Source: Phycisphaerae bacterium | GTDB lineage: Bacteria > Planctomycetota > Phycisphaerae > UBA1845 | Length of the DNA stretch: 64,000 bases | Direction of reading: 5' to 3' | NCBI GenBank assembly: GCA_029260165.1 | Contig: JAJDDT010000013.1 | Span: 18,954-82,953, forward strand | Shown: positions 38,597 to 47,978 of the stretch, piece after piece | Layout of the letters: each line of letters opens with the position of its first letter | Position numbering within the stretch: position 1 is the stretch's first letter | Program-made: the position numbers and the translations under genes | Notes under the pieces: model-generated | Seen by the model: only the letters and a program-made list of their open reading frames with translations | Database searches by the model: none | Told to the model about the DNA's origin: nothing

Positions 38597-40021
38597 ATGG
38601 TGCAGGGGTTGTTGTGGTTGTTGTGGTTTGTTCCGGCGGTGATGTCTGCCGTGCATGCGGTCATGTACAAGCGTGACCCGCGCGGCGCGGCGATCTGGGT
38701 GATCGTCAGTTTCACAGTTCCCTGCCTGGGACCGGTGTTTTACGTCACCTTCGGGATCAATCGTATCGAACGTCGGGCGGCGAAGATGCGTGGCGGTGCG
38801 TCCGTGGTTGACGCTCCGCCCAACGATTCGACGTCGGTTGTGGCTGTTGACGACGAGGCAGAGCAGGTTGGGTATCTTCGCGACATGCGTCGGATTTCCG
38901 ATCGGGTGACGCGGTTGCCGTTGTTGGCGGGCAACAGCGTGGCCCCGTTGCACAACGGTGAGAATGCCTACCCCGCGATGCTCGATGCCATTGATTCAGC
39001 CAAGCGGTCGATCACGCTGGCAAGCTACATTTTCGATTGGGATGAGGTTGGTCGGAAGTTTACCGATGCGCTGGGTCGGGCAGCCAATCGTGGTGTGCGG
39101 GTGCATGTGCTGTTGGATGGTATTGGGGCGGTGAAGGGATTTTCGCGAATCGGGCGTGGTTTGATCAAGTCCGGGGCTGAGGTGACCGCGTTTTTCCCGT
39201 TGCGATTTCCGTTGGGTCGATTCCGCGTCAACCTGCGGAATCATCGGAAGATTCTTGTGATTGATGGGAAGACGGGTTTCACCGGTGGGATGAACATTTC
39301 GCAGCGGCACATGGTCCGCACGGACAATCCACGCCGTTCGGAGGATTTGCATTTTCGGATCACGGGGCCTGTGGTTGCGCATTTGCAGCATGCGTTTGTC
39401 GAGGATTGGCAGTTGGCTGCCAGGGAATCGTTGGAGGGTGCGGACTATTTCCCCGAGTTGTGTTCGACCGGGACGGCGTTGTGTCGCGGGGTGAGCAGCG
39501 GTCCGGACGAACATTTGGGGCAGTTTCACTGGTTGGTGCAGGCTGCGTTGGATGCGGCGAGGCTGCGCGTGATTATTGTGACGCCTTATCTTGTGCCGAC
39601 GCAGGTTGTGTTGGCGTCGATTGTGATGGCTTCTCTGCGCGGGGTCGAAGTGTCGATCGTGTTGCCGGGCAGGACGGACCTGCCGTACATGCGTTGGGTG
39701 GCGGATGCGTATTTGTGGCAGTTGATGGAGCATGGTGTGCGGGTTTATCGTCGAAGGCCTCCGTTTGTGCATACCAAGTTGATGATTGTGGATGGTCGGG
39801 CGACGCTGCTGGGCAGCGCGAATATGGATCCGCGGAGTTTTCGGTTGAATTTTGAATTCAACGTTGAGGTCTATGATGCTGAACTGTCGTCGCGGTTGGC
39901 GACGTGGATGGATGAGGTGATTGCAGGCGCTGACGAGGTGACGCTGGCGGAGATTGACGCGAGGCCTGGGTATGTGCGGTTTCGCGATGGGTTGGTTAGA
40001 CTGTTTGCACCGCTCCTGTGA
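38597..40021 (+). CDS. cls: Cardiolipin synthase
   Basis: N-terminal TM pair; two HKD motifs, NHRKILVIDG and HTKLMIVDG; GSANMD.RS. Confidence 0.93.
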   Translation: MVQGLLWLLWFVPAVMSAVHAVMYKRDPRGAAIWVIVSFTVPCLGPVFYVTFGINRIERRAAKMRGGASVVDAPPNDSTSVVAVDDEAEQVGYLRDMRRISDRVTRLPLLAGNSVAPLHNGENAYPAMLDAIDSAKRSITLASYIFDWDEVGRKFTDALGRAANRGVRVHVLLDGIGAVKGFSRIGRGLIKSGAEVTAFFPLRFPLGRFRVNLRNHRKILVIDGKTGFTGGMNISQRHMVRTDNPRRSEDLHFRITGPVVAHLQHAFVEDWQLAARESLEGADYFPELCSTGTALCRGVSSGPDEHLGQFHWLVQAALDAARLRVIIVTPYLVPTQVVLASIVMASLRGVEVSIVLPGRTDLPYMRWVADAYLWQLMEHGVRVYRRRPPFVHTKLMIVDGRATLLGSANMDPRSFRLNFEFNVEVYDAELSSRLATWMDEVIAGADEVTLAEIDARPGYVRFRDGLVRLFAPLL

Positions 40022-40093
40022 TATTGAAATGACGACGAGCGTGTAATCAGCAGCGACTGGGTTTTCAAGCGGCGGGGTTGAAGGACGAGGATT

Positions 40094-40696
40094 TTGAAAC
40101 GATCAAAGGGGAAAACAAGGAAACAAAAATCGGAAGAGCACGTGGGGTTGTTCGGGCGTTTTCGACGGGTTTTTCAGCGCAGGCCTGTGTTTCGATTTAT
40201 TTCGCTGGTGACGGTCCTGATGGGGTTTTTTTACACGATGTTTTACCTGCCGGATTGGGAGGCGGGTTTGAAATCGTCCCTGATGCCGAGCTATTTGCGT
40301 GGGTATGCGAAGGTGACGACGTTGGTGTTGCGCGGGCTGGGACATGATGCGAGGGTGAGTGGTTCGAGTATTGTGACGCCTGACTATTCGGTGCGGATTG
40401 CGCAGGAGTGTAGTGCGTTGGAGCCGACGGCGTTGTTTTTGGCGGGTGTGCTTGCGTTGCAGGTTCGGCGGGGAACGCGGTGGAAGGGGGTTTTGCTCGG
40501 GGTGTTGTTGTTGGCGGTAACAAACGTCGTGCGGATCGTGACGTTGTTTTACGTTGGGATTTACAGGCCGGAGTATTTTGACGTTGTTCATATTGATGTT
40601 TGGCAGGCGTTGTTCGTGGTGTTGGCGATTGGGTATTGGGCGTTGTGGGCATTTTGGGCGACGAAAATAGAGGGGGATGATCGTGTCGCCGGGTAG
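40094..40696 (+). CDS. Exosortase (short, XrtH/archaeosortase-like)
   Basis: Catalytic Cys (IAQECSAL), Arg (NVVRIVTL) and His (FDVVHIDVWQ) in a TM context. Confidence 0.85.
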   Translation: MKRSKGKTRKQKSEEHVGLFGRFRRVFQRRPVFRFISLVTVLMGFFYTMFYLPDWEAGLKSSLMPSYLRGYAKVTTLVLRGLGHDARVSGSSIVTPDYSVRIAQECSALEPTALFLAGVLALQVRRGTRWKGVLLGVLLLAVTNVVRIVTLFYVGIYRPEYFDVVHIDVWQALFVVLAIGYWALWAFWATKIEGDDRVAG

Positions 40697-41315
40697 ACTT
40701 GTTGGCAGGTTTCTGGGGATTTTCGTGCTGGTCTATGTGCCGTTGATAATTCCCTGGCCTGCGCTGACGGATGGTTATGCCAAGGGGTTTCGGGCGGCGG
40801 GGGAGATGGTTTTGGGTTCATTTGGTGCGCATGGCGAGGTTCGTTTCAAGCCGTCGTTGATCAAGGATGGTGAGTGGGATACAGCCTTGATTCTTGGAAA
40901 CCGTCGCACGAAGGCGGGGACGCAGTTGGATATTGACGCGCGGGAGTTGGGTTACAAACCAACGGTGTTTGTGGTGGCGTTATTTATTGCGACGCCTTAT
41001 CCGTTGCGGCGGCGGTTCAGGTTGCTCGTCGTGGGCGTGGTGTTGACGCAGGCGTATGTGGCGTTTCGCGTTCTGCTGATTCTGCTGTACGCGTTTGGGG
41101 ATTCGCGCACGAAATTGGCATTTTTTGAGCTGGGGCCGTTTTCGATGAAAACGGTGGCGATGTTGCTCGCGATTCTGGACGCGTTGCCGCTGGCGGGTAC
41201 GTTTGTGCTGCCCGCGCTGATCTGGGGGAGCGTGGCGTTTCGGCGGTCGGATCTGGCGAATTTTCGCGAAAAGCTCGGAATATCGCCTCGGGCCAATGCA
41301 GCAAGTGGCTCGTAA
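40677..41315 (+). CDS. Exosortase-associated membrane protein
   Basis: Overlaps the exosortase gene; GY.P..F.VAL..ATP motif; four TM segments. Confidence 0.7.
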   Translation: MIVSPGRLVGRFLGIFVLVYVPLIIPWPALTDGYAKGFRAAGEMVLGSFGAHGEVRFKPSLIKDGEWDTALILGNRRTKAGTQLDIDARELGYKPTVFVVALFIATPYPLRRRFRLLVVGVVLTQAYVAFRVLLILLYAFGDSRTKLAFFELGPFSMKTVAMLLAILDALPLAGTFVLPALIWGSVAFRRSDLANFREKLGISPRANAASGS

Positions 41316-41357
41316 CGTTCGATTTTATAGGATGTTACGTCAATACTCCAGCAGCGC

Positions 41358-41387
41358 TTGACACAAGAGTGTGGGTTTTGGTACCTT
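41358..41387 (+). promoter_or_regulatory. Sigma70-type promoter of the PEP-CTERM gene
   Basis: TTGACA-18 nt-TACCTT with TG extension. Confidence 0.55.
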
Positions 41388-41612
41388 GGGGGCAGTTGGG
41401 AACCTCTCCAGGGTCGAATTGAGACCTCAATTCCGGGGAGGGTTTATTGAGAGAGAGCGCTGGAGGTACGCGGATGAGGGTGTGTCCTTCGTTTGTGTGC
41501 CGCGGTGGCTGTTGAACAGTCGTCGTTGTATGGGAAGAACAGCCGGTCCGAACTGGTTGGGTGCTTGTGAACCACTCAGCCCTCGATGGATCGGTTTGGA
41601 GGAGAATGTAAG

Positions 41613-42299
41613 ATGAATCGCTCTTTCTCGTTGAACGTCTGCGGTTTCGCCGCGGTGATGGTCGGATGTCTGGGTGCGTTTGCACCGGCGGCCACGATTC
41701 AGTTGGTCGATCCTGTGACGGGTGCGGATTCCGGTTGGCAGGCATCGTTCGCTGATGGCGATATGGTGACGCTGGTCGTGGATGCGGTGACGGATGGGGC
41801 GGTCTTTATTGAGAAGTTTGTGGACTTTCAAGGTCCTATTGGTCCCGGTGGTCTGTTGCCGTCGGTGAACATCGATTTTGTTCAGACCGGATCGGATGCG
41901 AATACGGTTTCGACGATCGTGATCGTTGACGAGGTTCTGACGAATCTTCAGGGCGCGGACTGGGGTGGATTCCTGTGGACGATTCCTGACAAGGGTGAAG
42001 CATTTTTCAACGTTTCGGATTCGTCTGGTTTTTCGACCAGCCCGTTTGGTAACGCGACGTTTAGTGCGTTTTCCAGTAATGATGGGAATCTGGCTTCGAC
42101 GTTGATCGCGACAGGCGGGACGGTTGCCAACGGTGAGACGTATTTCCCTGGTGCCGGCGCGGGTGAGTTGTACATCAACGTTGATCTGGGTCAGGCGGAC
42201 GTGACGTCGTTTGTTTTGAAGGAGCGACCCGTTCCCGAGCCTGCCTGTCTGGTGCTGTTGGCGATTGGTGGCCTGGCTGTCGTTCGTCGGCGTCGGTAG
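41613..42299 (+). CDS. PEP-CTERM sorting domain protein
   Basis: Signal peptide; C-terminal VPEPACLVLLAIGGLAVVRRRR; GGAGGA RBS. Confidence 0.93.
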   Translation: MNRSFSLNVCGFAAVMVGCLGAFAPAATIQLVDPVTGADSGWQASFADGDMVTLVVDAVTDGAVFIEKFVDFQGPIGPGGLLPSVNIDFVQTGSDANTVSTIVIVDEVLTNLQGADWGGFLWTIPDKGEAFFNVSDSSGFSTSPFGNATFSAFSSNDGNLASTLIATGGTVANGETYFPGAGAGELYINVDLGQADVTSFVLKERPVPEPACLVLLAIGGLAVVRRRR

Positions 42300-42345
42300 G
42301 GCCTTTTGAAACGCAGCGTGTATGGGCTGCTGACACCTTCTGATT

Positions 42346-42407
42346 TTCCCGTCACCCGCAAGGGGTGACGCTACATTGTTGGCCTCGCCTGTTGGGGGTG
42401 ACGCTGC
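42346..42407 (-). repeat. REP family 1, copy 5 plus degenerate copy 6 (reverse orientation)
   Basis: Minus strand reads GTAGCGTCACCCCTTGCGGGTGACGGGAA (42374-42346) and GCAGCGTCACCCCCAACAGGCGAGG. Confidence 0.85.
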
Positions 42408-42428
42408 GACGGATATTTTGAGCGGATG

Positions 42429-42455
42429 GGGCGTTCCGATGCGGACGCCCTTTTT
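42429..42455 (+). terminator. Intrinsic terminator
   Basis: GGGCGTTC...GGACGCCC followed by TTTTT. Confidence 0.65.
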
Positions 42456-42502
42456 GTTTGCGCATCGGTTGTCGCGTGGATTGTATCTGAAAGGGAGAAC
42501 GA

Positions 42503-42907
42503 CTATCCGGGGATGGGTGTTTCGGCTTGCGAGGCGACGATGATGACGCCGATGAGGATCATGGCGACGCCGACGCCCTGGATCAGGTTGAGGCGTTCGT
42601 TGAGGACGAGGTAGCCTACGGTTGCGATGATGGCGTATCCACCGCCGACCATGATGGGGTAGGCGATGCTGATCCTGAGCGTTTTGCTTTGCAGGGCGTA
42701 CATGTAGAAGGCGGCGTTGAGTCCGAAGCAGGTGAGGCCTATCAGCAGGGCGGGGGAGGTGAGAACGGTCTTGATGGCGCCGAGGGGGCCGTTTGCGAGC
42801 AGGCCACCGGCTTGTTCAGCCTTTGACGATCCGACTTTGATGAGGATGTTTGCGACGGCGTTGAGGACGAGGGCGGTGAGCAGGGCGACTCCGTGGATCG
42901 AGAACAT
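42503..42907 (-). CDS. SMR/EamA-like small membrane transporter
   Basis: Four TM helices; ANILIK, ISIAYP, LNERL. Confidence 0.85.
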   Translation of the reverse strand: MFSIHGVALLTALVLNAVANILIKVGSSKAEQAGGLLANGPLGAIKTVLTSPALLIGLTCFGLNAAFYMYALQSKTLRISIAYPIMVGGGYAIIATVGYLVLNERLNLIQGVGVAMILIGVIIVASQAETPIPG

Positions 42908-42981
42908 GGTGTTGGCCTTTCGTTGATGGGCGTTGGTGTTGGACGGGGAGATTGTAGCGTGGGTCGGGCGGAGTGGGGAAG

Positions 42982-43386
42982 TCAGTTGTCCGAGAGGGTG
43001 GACTGTTCGGATGGTGAGAGGAGTTGTCCGTAGACGTCGCCGAGTTCGCGGAGGCAGAATTTGTTTGCGACGAAATAGTATCGGAAGGGGTTGTTGAAGT
43101 AGGAGGACATGGCACCGGTGATGCAGAAGACGAAATGGACGGTGAAGATGACGATGGCTGGGGCGGTGACGCCGAAGAAATAGAAGAGGACCGAGCAGAC
43201 GACAAGTGCGATTGCGATGATGGCGGACCAGCAGAGGCAGGTTTTTGTCCAGTAGCGGACGTAGGGTGAGGATTGGTAGTCGTTGGATCGGGAGGCGATG
43301 AGCGGTGCGAGGATGAGGGTGACGGCTGCGAGGGCCTGGATGGCGGCGGTGGTTTGTTTTTCGGATTCGGAGGGTGTGTAGGTCAT
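42982..43386 (-). CDS. DUF4870-like membrane protein
   Basis: Three TM helices; SPYVRYW and PFRY motifs. Confidence 0.65.
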   Translation of the reverse strand: MTYTPSESEKQTTAAIQALAAVTLILAPLIASRSNDYQSSPYVRYWTKTCLCWSAIIAIALVVCSVLFYFFGVTAPAIVIFTVHFVFCITGAMSSYFNNPFRYYFVANKFCLRELGDVYGQLLSPSEQSTLSDN

Positions 43387-43585
43387 GGCGTCAGCCCGGT
43401 CGTGTTTGAACGTGCGTTTCGTCCCGGCGGGCGATGACGAAGAATTGCGAACTTGCCCGCCTCTGCGTTCATGCTAACCGATGGTGGGGGGTTGTGACAG
43501 ATATTTCGCGTTGATGTTTGTGCGACGCGGCGAGGGGATCCGCATGTCGCGTTTGGCGGGGCGCGTTGGTTTTTGAATCGAAAAC

Positions 43586-43618
43586 CGACTCCCCCACCAC
43601 TAAAGTGGTGGGCCACCC
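43586..43618 (-). repeat. REP family 2, solo arm
   Basis: Minus strand reads GGGTGGCCCACCACTTTAGTGGTGGGGGAGTCG. Confidence 0.85.
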
Positions 43619-43624
43619 GGCTTG

Positions 43625-43897
43625 TTACATTTCGTGCAATTTGGTTCCGCATTCGGGGCAGATGCCGGTTGTGTTGCCGGTGAGGTTGTAGCCGCAGTTT
43701 TGACATCGAGGTGGTGATTTACAGTTGGGGCAAATCGTTTGGGATTGGCCGTGGAGTTTTTGGCCACAGAATTTGCACGATCCGGAAGGGAACGGGCGGT
43801 TGCGATGTTGGGTGAGGATGGCCAACAGCAGAAGAATCGCGGGAAGACAGAGGAAGATGACGAAAGCGTATCCGATAATGTCGTAGAGCGAGAGCAT
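43625..43897 (-). CDS. Small TM protein with double zinc ribbon
   Basis: TM helix then CKFCG...CPNC...CQNCGYNLTGNTTGICPECG. Confidence 0.75.
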   Translation of the reverse strand: MLSLYDIIGYAFVIFLCLPAILLLLAILTQHRNRPFPSGSCKFCGQKLHGQSQTICPNCKSPPRCQNCGYNLTGNTTGICPECGTKLHEM

Positions 43898-43933
43898 GTT
43901 GATTTGGTTTCGACGCGGAATCGGTCAATCGCG

Positions 43934-46900
43934 TCACCGCACGTTGAAGTATTTTGCTTCGGGGTGGTGGGTGATGAGGGCGGTGGTGGATTGTTCGGGG
44001 TCGAGTTGGAATTCCTCGCTGAGTTTGATGCCGATGGTTTCGGGGTCGAGAAGGGGCCAGATGCGGACCTGGTCTTCGAGTCTGGGACAAGCCGGATATC
44101 CGAAACTGTAGCGTGATCCTCTATATTTTTGTTGGAAGATGAGTCGTCTTTCGCGCGCATCCTGCTCGGCGATGTTCCATTCGACGCGGATCTGTTTGTG
44201 CAGATACTCAGCCAATGCTTCGGCGGTTTCGACGCCCAGGCCGTGGAGGTGGAGGTAGTCGACGTATTTGTCCTGGGCGAACCATTCGCGTTCGATTTGG
44301 GAAACGGTCGGTCCGACGGTGACGATCATCATGGCGACGACGTCCTTTTCATCGCTGGTGACGGGTCGGAAGAAATCGGAGAGGCACCAGTAGGGCGGTT
44401 TTCCCTGTCGCGGGAATTCAAATCGGGCGATTTCGCGGGAATGATTTTCGGGGTCGAAGATGATCAGTTCATCGCCGTCGGATTGTGCGGGCCAATACCC
44501 GTAGATGGCCTGGGGGTGCAGAATGTCTTCGTTGAGACATTTTTCGACGAGTTGTCGGAAGATGGGACGGACGTCGTTGTCGATGTAGCGGTTGTATTCG
44601 TCTTTGGTTTTTCCGGCGCGGCGGTATTGCCACTGAACGTTGAAGAGCATGGATTCGTTGAGGTAGGCGAGGGTGGCGCGGAGGTCGATTTTTTCGACGA
44701 CGCGTCTGCCCCAGAAGGGCGGCGTGGGGATGGGGACGTCCTGGGCGATGTTGGAATGTCCTGCGCGTGGGGCGACGTCGGTGGCGCGTCGTTTGGGAGT
44801 GGCGGCGATTTTCCTGCTGACAGGTTCGGGGACGGAAAGGTCGCCGGCTGCGATTTTGTTCATGACCGCGAGACCCTCGAAGGCGTCTTTGGCGAAATAG
44901 AGCGGGCCTTCGTATTCGCGTCTCAGGTCGTCCTCGACGTATTTTCGGGTGAGGGCAGCGCCTCCGAGAATGACGGGAACGTTGATGCCGCGTTCGTTCA
45001 GGACGGGGAGATTTTCGCGCATGATGACGGTGGACTTGACGAGCAGTCCGGACAATCCGATGGCGGCGGCTTTGTGCTCCTGCCATGCGTCGATGATGGC
45101 GTTGATGGGTTGTTTGATGCCGAGGTTGTGGACCTTGTAGCCATTGTTGGTGAGGATGATATCGACGAGGTTTTTTCCGATGTCGTGGACGTCGCCGCGG
45201 ACGGTCGCGAGGATGATGGAGCTTTTTTCATCGCTGTCGGTGCGTTCCATGTAGGGTTCGAGAAACGCGACAGCGGCTTTCATGGTTTCGGCGGACTGGA
45301 GGACGAAGGGGAGTTGCATCTGTCCCGCACCGAAAAGATCGCCGACGGTTTTCATGCCGTCAAGGAGCAGTTCGTTGACGATGTCGAGGGGTTTGTAGGT
45401 GGATAGTGCCTGGGTGAGATCGCCTTCGAGTCCGTTGCGGTCGCCGTTGATGATGCGTTGTTTGAGGCGGTCTTCGATGGGCAGTTTCGACAGGTCTTTT
45501 TTGGTCGAGCCTATCTCCTCGCCTTCTGAAAAGAGGGAGATGTAGTGCGTGAGGGGGTCAAAGTTGTCGCGTCGGCGGTCGTAGACGAGGTCCAGTGCGG
45601 CGTTCCAGCGTTCGTCGCTGATTTTGTTTCGCGGGAGGATCTTGCTGGCGTGGACGATGGCTGCGGTGAGTCCGCGACGGGTGGCTTCGTGGAGGAAGAC
45701 GGAATTCAGGACGGCGCGAGCGGCTGGTGCGAGACCGAAGCTGACGTTGGAGACGCCGAGGATTGCGTTGCAATCGGGCATGTCGTTCATGATGGCTTCG
45801 ATACCGTCGAGGGTTTCAAGTGCGAGTCTGCGATCCGCGGGGGTGCCGGTGGTGATGGGAAAGGTGAGACAGTCGAAGAAAATGTCCTTCGGTTTGAGGC
45901 TGTGTTTGTTAACGCAGAGGTCGAAGATGCGTTTGGCGATTTCGAGTTTTCGGTCGGCGGTCTTGGCCATCGCCTCTTCGGGGTGTTCGTCGATGGTGAG
46001 CGCGACGACGGCGGCTCCGTAGCGTTTGAGCATGGGGCAGAAGCGATTGATCTTGTCTTCGCCGTCTTCGAGGTTGATGGAATTGACGATTGATTTTCCG
46101 CCGGCGAGTTTCAGACCTGCTTCGATGACGTTGATTTCGGTGCTGTCGAGCATGAGGGGGACGGTGACATCCTGGGCGTATCGGGAGATGACGCGTTCCA
46201 TGTCGGGGACGCCGTCGCGACCGACGTAATCGACGCAGACATCGAGAACGTGGGCACCTTCTGCGACCTGATCTCGTCCGACCTTGACGACGCCGTCGAT
46301 GTCGTCTTCGAGGAGGAGACGTTTGAACATGCGCGAGCCGTTGGTGTTGCTGCGTTCGCCGACGATGAGGAACGAGTTGTCCTGGCGCATGGCGACGGCC
46401 TGGTAGATGCTGCTGATGGAGGGTTCGCGTTTGGGCTCGCGTGGTTTCGGAGCGCGATGGCCTAGCGATTCGCAGAGCATTTTGAGATGTTCGGGGGTGG
46501 TGCCGCAGCAGCCACCGACGGCGTTGACACCGTCTTTTTCGACGAACTCGATCAGCCAGCGGGTGAATTCCTCGGGGGTGAGTGTGTATTGGGGTTGGCC
46601 GTCGACGAGCAGGGGGAGTCCCGCGTTGGGTTGAATGATGATGGGGCGGTCGGAAAGTCGGCTGAGGAGGCGGATGTGCTCGCTCATTTCCTGCGGACCG
46701 GTGGCGCAGTTGAGTCCGATGGCGCTGACCTCGTCGTATTGCGAAAGGGCGACGATGGCGGCGGAGGTTTCGGTTCCGACGAGCATGGTGCCGGTGGTTT
46801 CGACGGTGAAGGAGCAGAGGATGGGGAGCTGGACGCCGAGGTCGTTCATGGCGTCGATGCAGGCGACGACGGCGGACTTGGCCTGGAGAATGTCCTGGCA

Positions 46901-47377
46901 GGTTTCGACGAGCAGGGCGTCTACCCTGCCGTCGATGAGTCCGCGAGCTTGTTCGGCGTAGCTGTCGACGAGGGTGTCCCAATCGGTTTGGCGGAGGGAC
47001 GGGAGTTTGGTGCCCGGTCCCATGGAGCCTATGGCGAATCGTGGTTTGTCGGGGGTGGAGAGTTTGTCGCACTCGGCGCGTGCGATGTCGCCGGCCATCC
47101 TGTTGAGCATGCGGGTTTGGTCCGCAATGCCGAATTCGCTGAGGACGATTTTGTTGGAGCCGAAGGTATCGGTGAGGACGGCGTCGGAGCCGACCTCGAG
47201 GAAGGAGCGGTGGATTTCGGCGATGACGTCGGGTCGTGTTCGGACGAGGACGTCGGTGCAGTTTTCGTGTCCGTCGTAATCGGCGAGCGGGAGGTCGTAT
47301 TTGTAGATGGAGGTGCCCATGGCGCCGTCAAAGACGAGTACACGCTCGCGAAGTGTGTCGAGAAATCTGGAGTTCAT
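43934..47377 (-). CDS. metH: Cobalamin-dependent methionine synthase
   Basis: DGAMGT, GLNC, GGCCGT, VGERSN, GDVHDIGKN, RYSFGYPACP. Confidence 0.98.
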   Translation of the reverse strand: MNSRFLDTLRERVLVFDGAMGTSIYKYDLPLADYDGHENCTDVLVRTRPDVIAEIHRSFLEVGSDAVLTDTFGSNKIVLSEFGIADQTRMLNRMAGDIARAECDKLSTPDKPRFAIGSMGPGTKLPSLRQTDWDTLVDSYAEQARGLIDGRVDALLVETCQDILQAKSAVVACIDAMNDLGVQLPILCSFTVETTGTMLVGTETSAAIVALSQYDEVSAIGLNCATGPQEMSEHIRLLSRLSDRPIIIQPNAGLPLLVDGQPQYTLTPEEFTRWLIEFVEKDGVNAVGGCCGTTPEHLKMLCESLGHRAPKPREPKREPSISSIYQAVAMRQDNSFLIVGERSNTNGSRMFKRLLLEDDIDGVVKVGRDQVAEGAHVLDVCVDYVGRDGVPDMERVISRYAQDVTVPLMLDSTEINVIEAGLKLAGGKSIVNSINLEDGEDKINRFCPMLKRYGAAVVALTIDEHPEEAMAKTADRKLEIAKRIFDLCVNKHSLKPKDIFFDCLTFPITTGTPADRRLALETLDGIEAIMNDMPDCNAILGVSNVSFGLAPAARAVLNSVFLHEATRRGLTAAIVHASKILPRNKISDERWNAALDLVYDRRRDNFDPLTHYISLFSEGEEIGSTKKDLSKLPIEDRLKQRIINGDRNGLEGDLTQALSTYKPLDIVNELLLDGMKTVGDLFGAGQMQLPFVLQSAETMKAAVAFLEPYMERTDSDEKSSIILATVRGDVHDIGKNLVDIILTNNGYKVHNLGIKQPINAIIDAWQEHKAAAIGLSGLLVKSTVIMRENLPVLNERGINVPVILGGAALTRKYVEDDLRREYEGPLYFAKDAFEGLAVMNKIAAGDLSVPEPVSRKIAATPKRRATDVAPRAGHSNIAQDVPIPTPPFWGRRVVEKIDLRATLAYLNESMLFNVQWQYRRAGKTKDEYNRYIDNDVRPIFRQLVEKCLNEDILHPQAIYGYWPAQSDGDELIIFDPENHSREIARFEFPRQGKPPYWCLSDFFRPVTSDEKDVVAMMIVTVGPTVSQIEREWFAQDKYVDYLHLHGLGVETAEALAEYLHKQIRVEWNIAEQDARERRLIFQQKYRGSRYSFGYPACPRLEDQVRIWPLLDPETIGIKLSEEFQLDPEQSTTALITHHPEAKYFNVR

Positions 47378-47450
47378 GATTGTTTATCTATCGGATCAAA
47401 GTGTCACGCATCTTGGCGTCAGGTTGGGATTGAATGTATAGTTCGCGATC

Positions 47451-47978
47451 ATGGGCGTGTCAAGGACGGATATAGCGGACGTTGGTGTTGATCGGCGAAA
47501 CGGGTGGCAGCGGGCGTTGCTGCTGGTCGGGTCGATTGGACCGCTGGGACATATGCCTGCGTCGGGGACCGTGGCCGTTGCGGTGGCTGGGGTTCCGTTG
47601 GCGTGGTTGATGCGGACGACGTTGCCGCCGTGGGCGTATTGGGTCGTGACGGTGGTTTTTGCGGGCGTGTCGATCTGGCTGCATGAGAATGGCGATCGGT
47701 TGCTGGGCGAGAAGGACAGCCGCAAGCTGGTTTGGGATGAGTTGGCGGGGTTTTTCGTGGCGACCGGGGTGATGCCGCTGACCTGGCCTATGTTTGTGAT
47801 GTGTTTCTTTCTGGAACGGATTATCGACATCGTGAAAGTGCCCCCGGCCAATTGGATCGAGGACAAATGGCTTGGGGGATGGGGCGTGGTTGGCGATGAT
47901 CTGATGGCGGGGGGGTATACGCTGTTGATTCTGCTGTGTGTGGAGTGGTGGGTGCCGATGTCGGTGTGGGGTGGATGA
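47451..47978 (+). CDS. pgpA: Phosphatidylglycerophosphatase A
   Basis: PASGT, D...VWDE..G, RIIDIVK, GGWGVVGDDLMAG. Confidence 0.9.
   Translation: MGVSRTDIADVGVDRRNGWQRALLLVGSIGPLGHMPASGTVAVAVAGVPLAWLMRTTLPPWAYWVVTVVFAGVSIWLHENGDRLLGEKDSRKLVWDELAGFFVATGVMPLTWPMFVMCFFLERIIDIVKVPPANWIEDKWLGGWGVVGDDLMAGGYTLLILLCVEWWVPMSVWGG

Noticed and set aside
47378..47450. Cobalamin or SAM riboswitch before metH
   Set aside because: Only 73 bp lie between the divergent genes, and there is no consensus.
44129..47491. Long alternative ORFs over metH (425, 387 and 334 aa); similar ones at 53918-55573, 3120-4187 and 33610-34686
   Set aside because: These are antisense or off-frame shadows of well-supported genes, expected in GC-rich skewed DNA, and carry no motifs.
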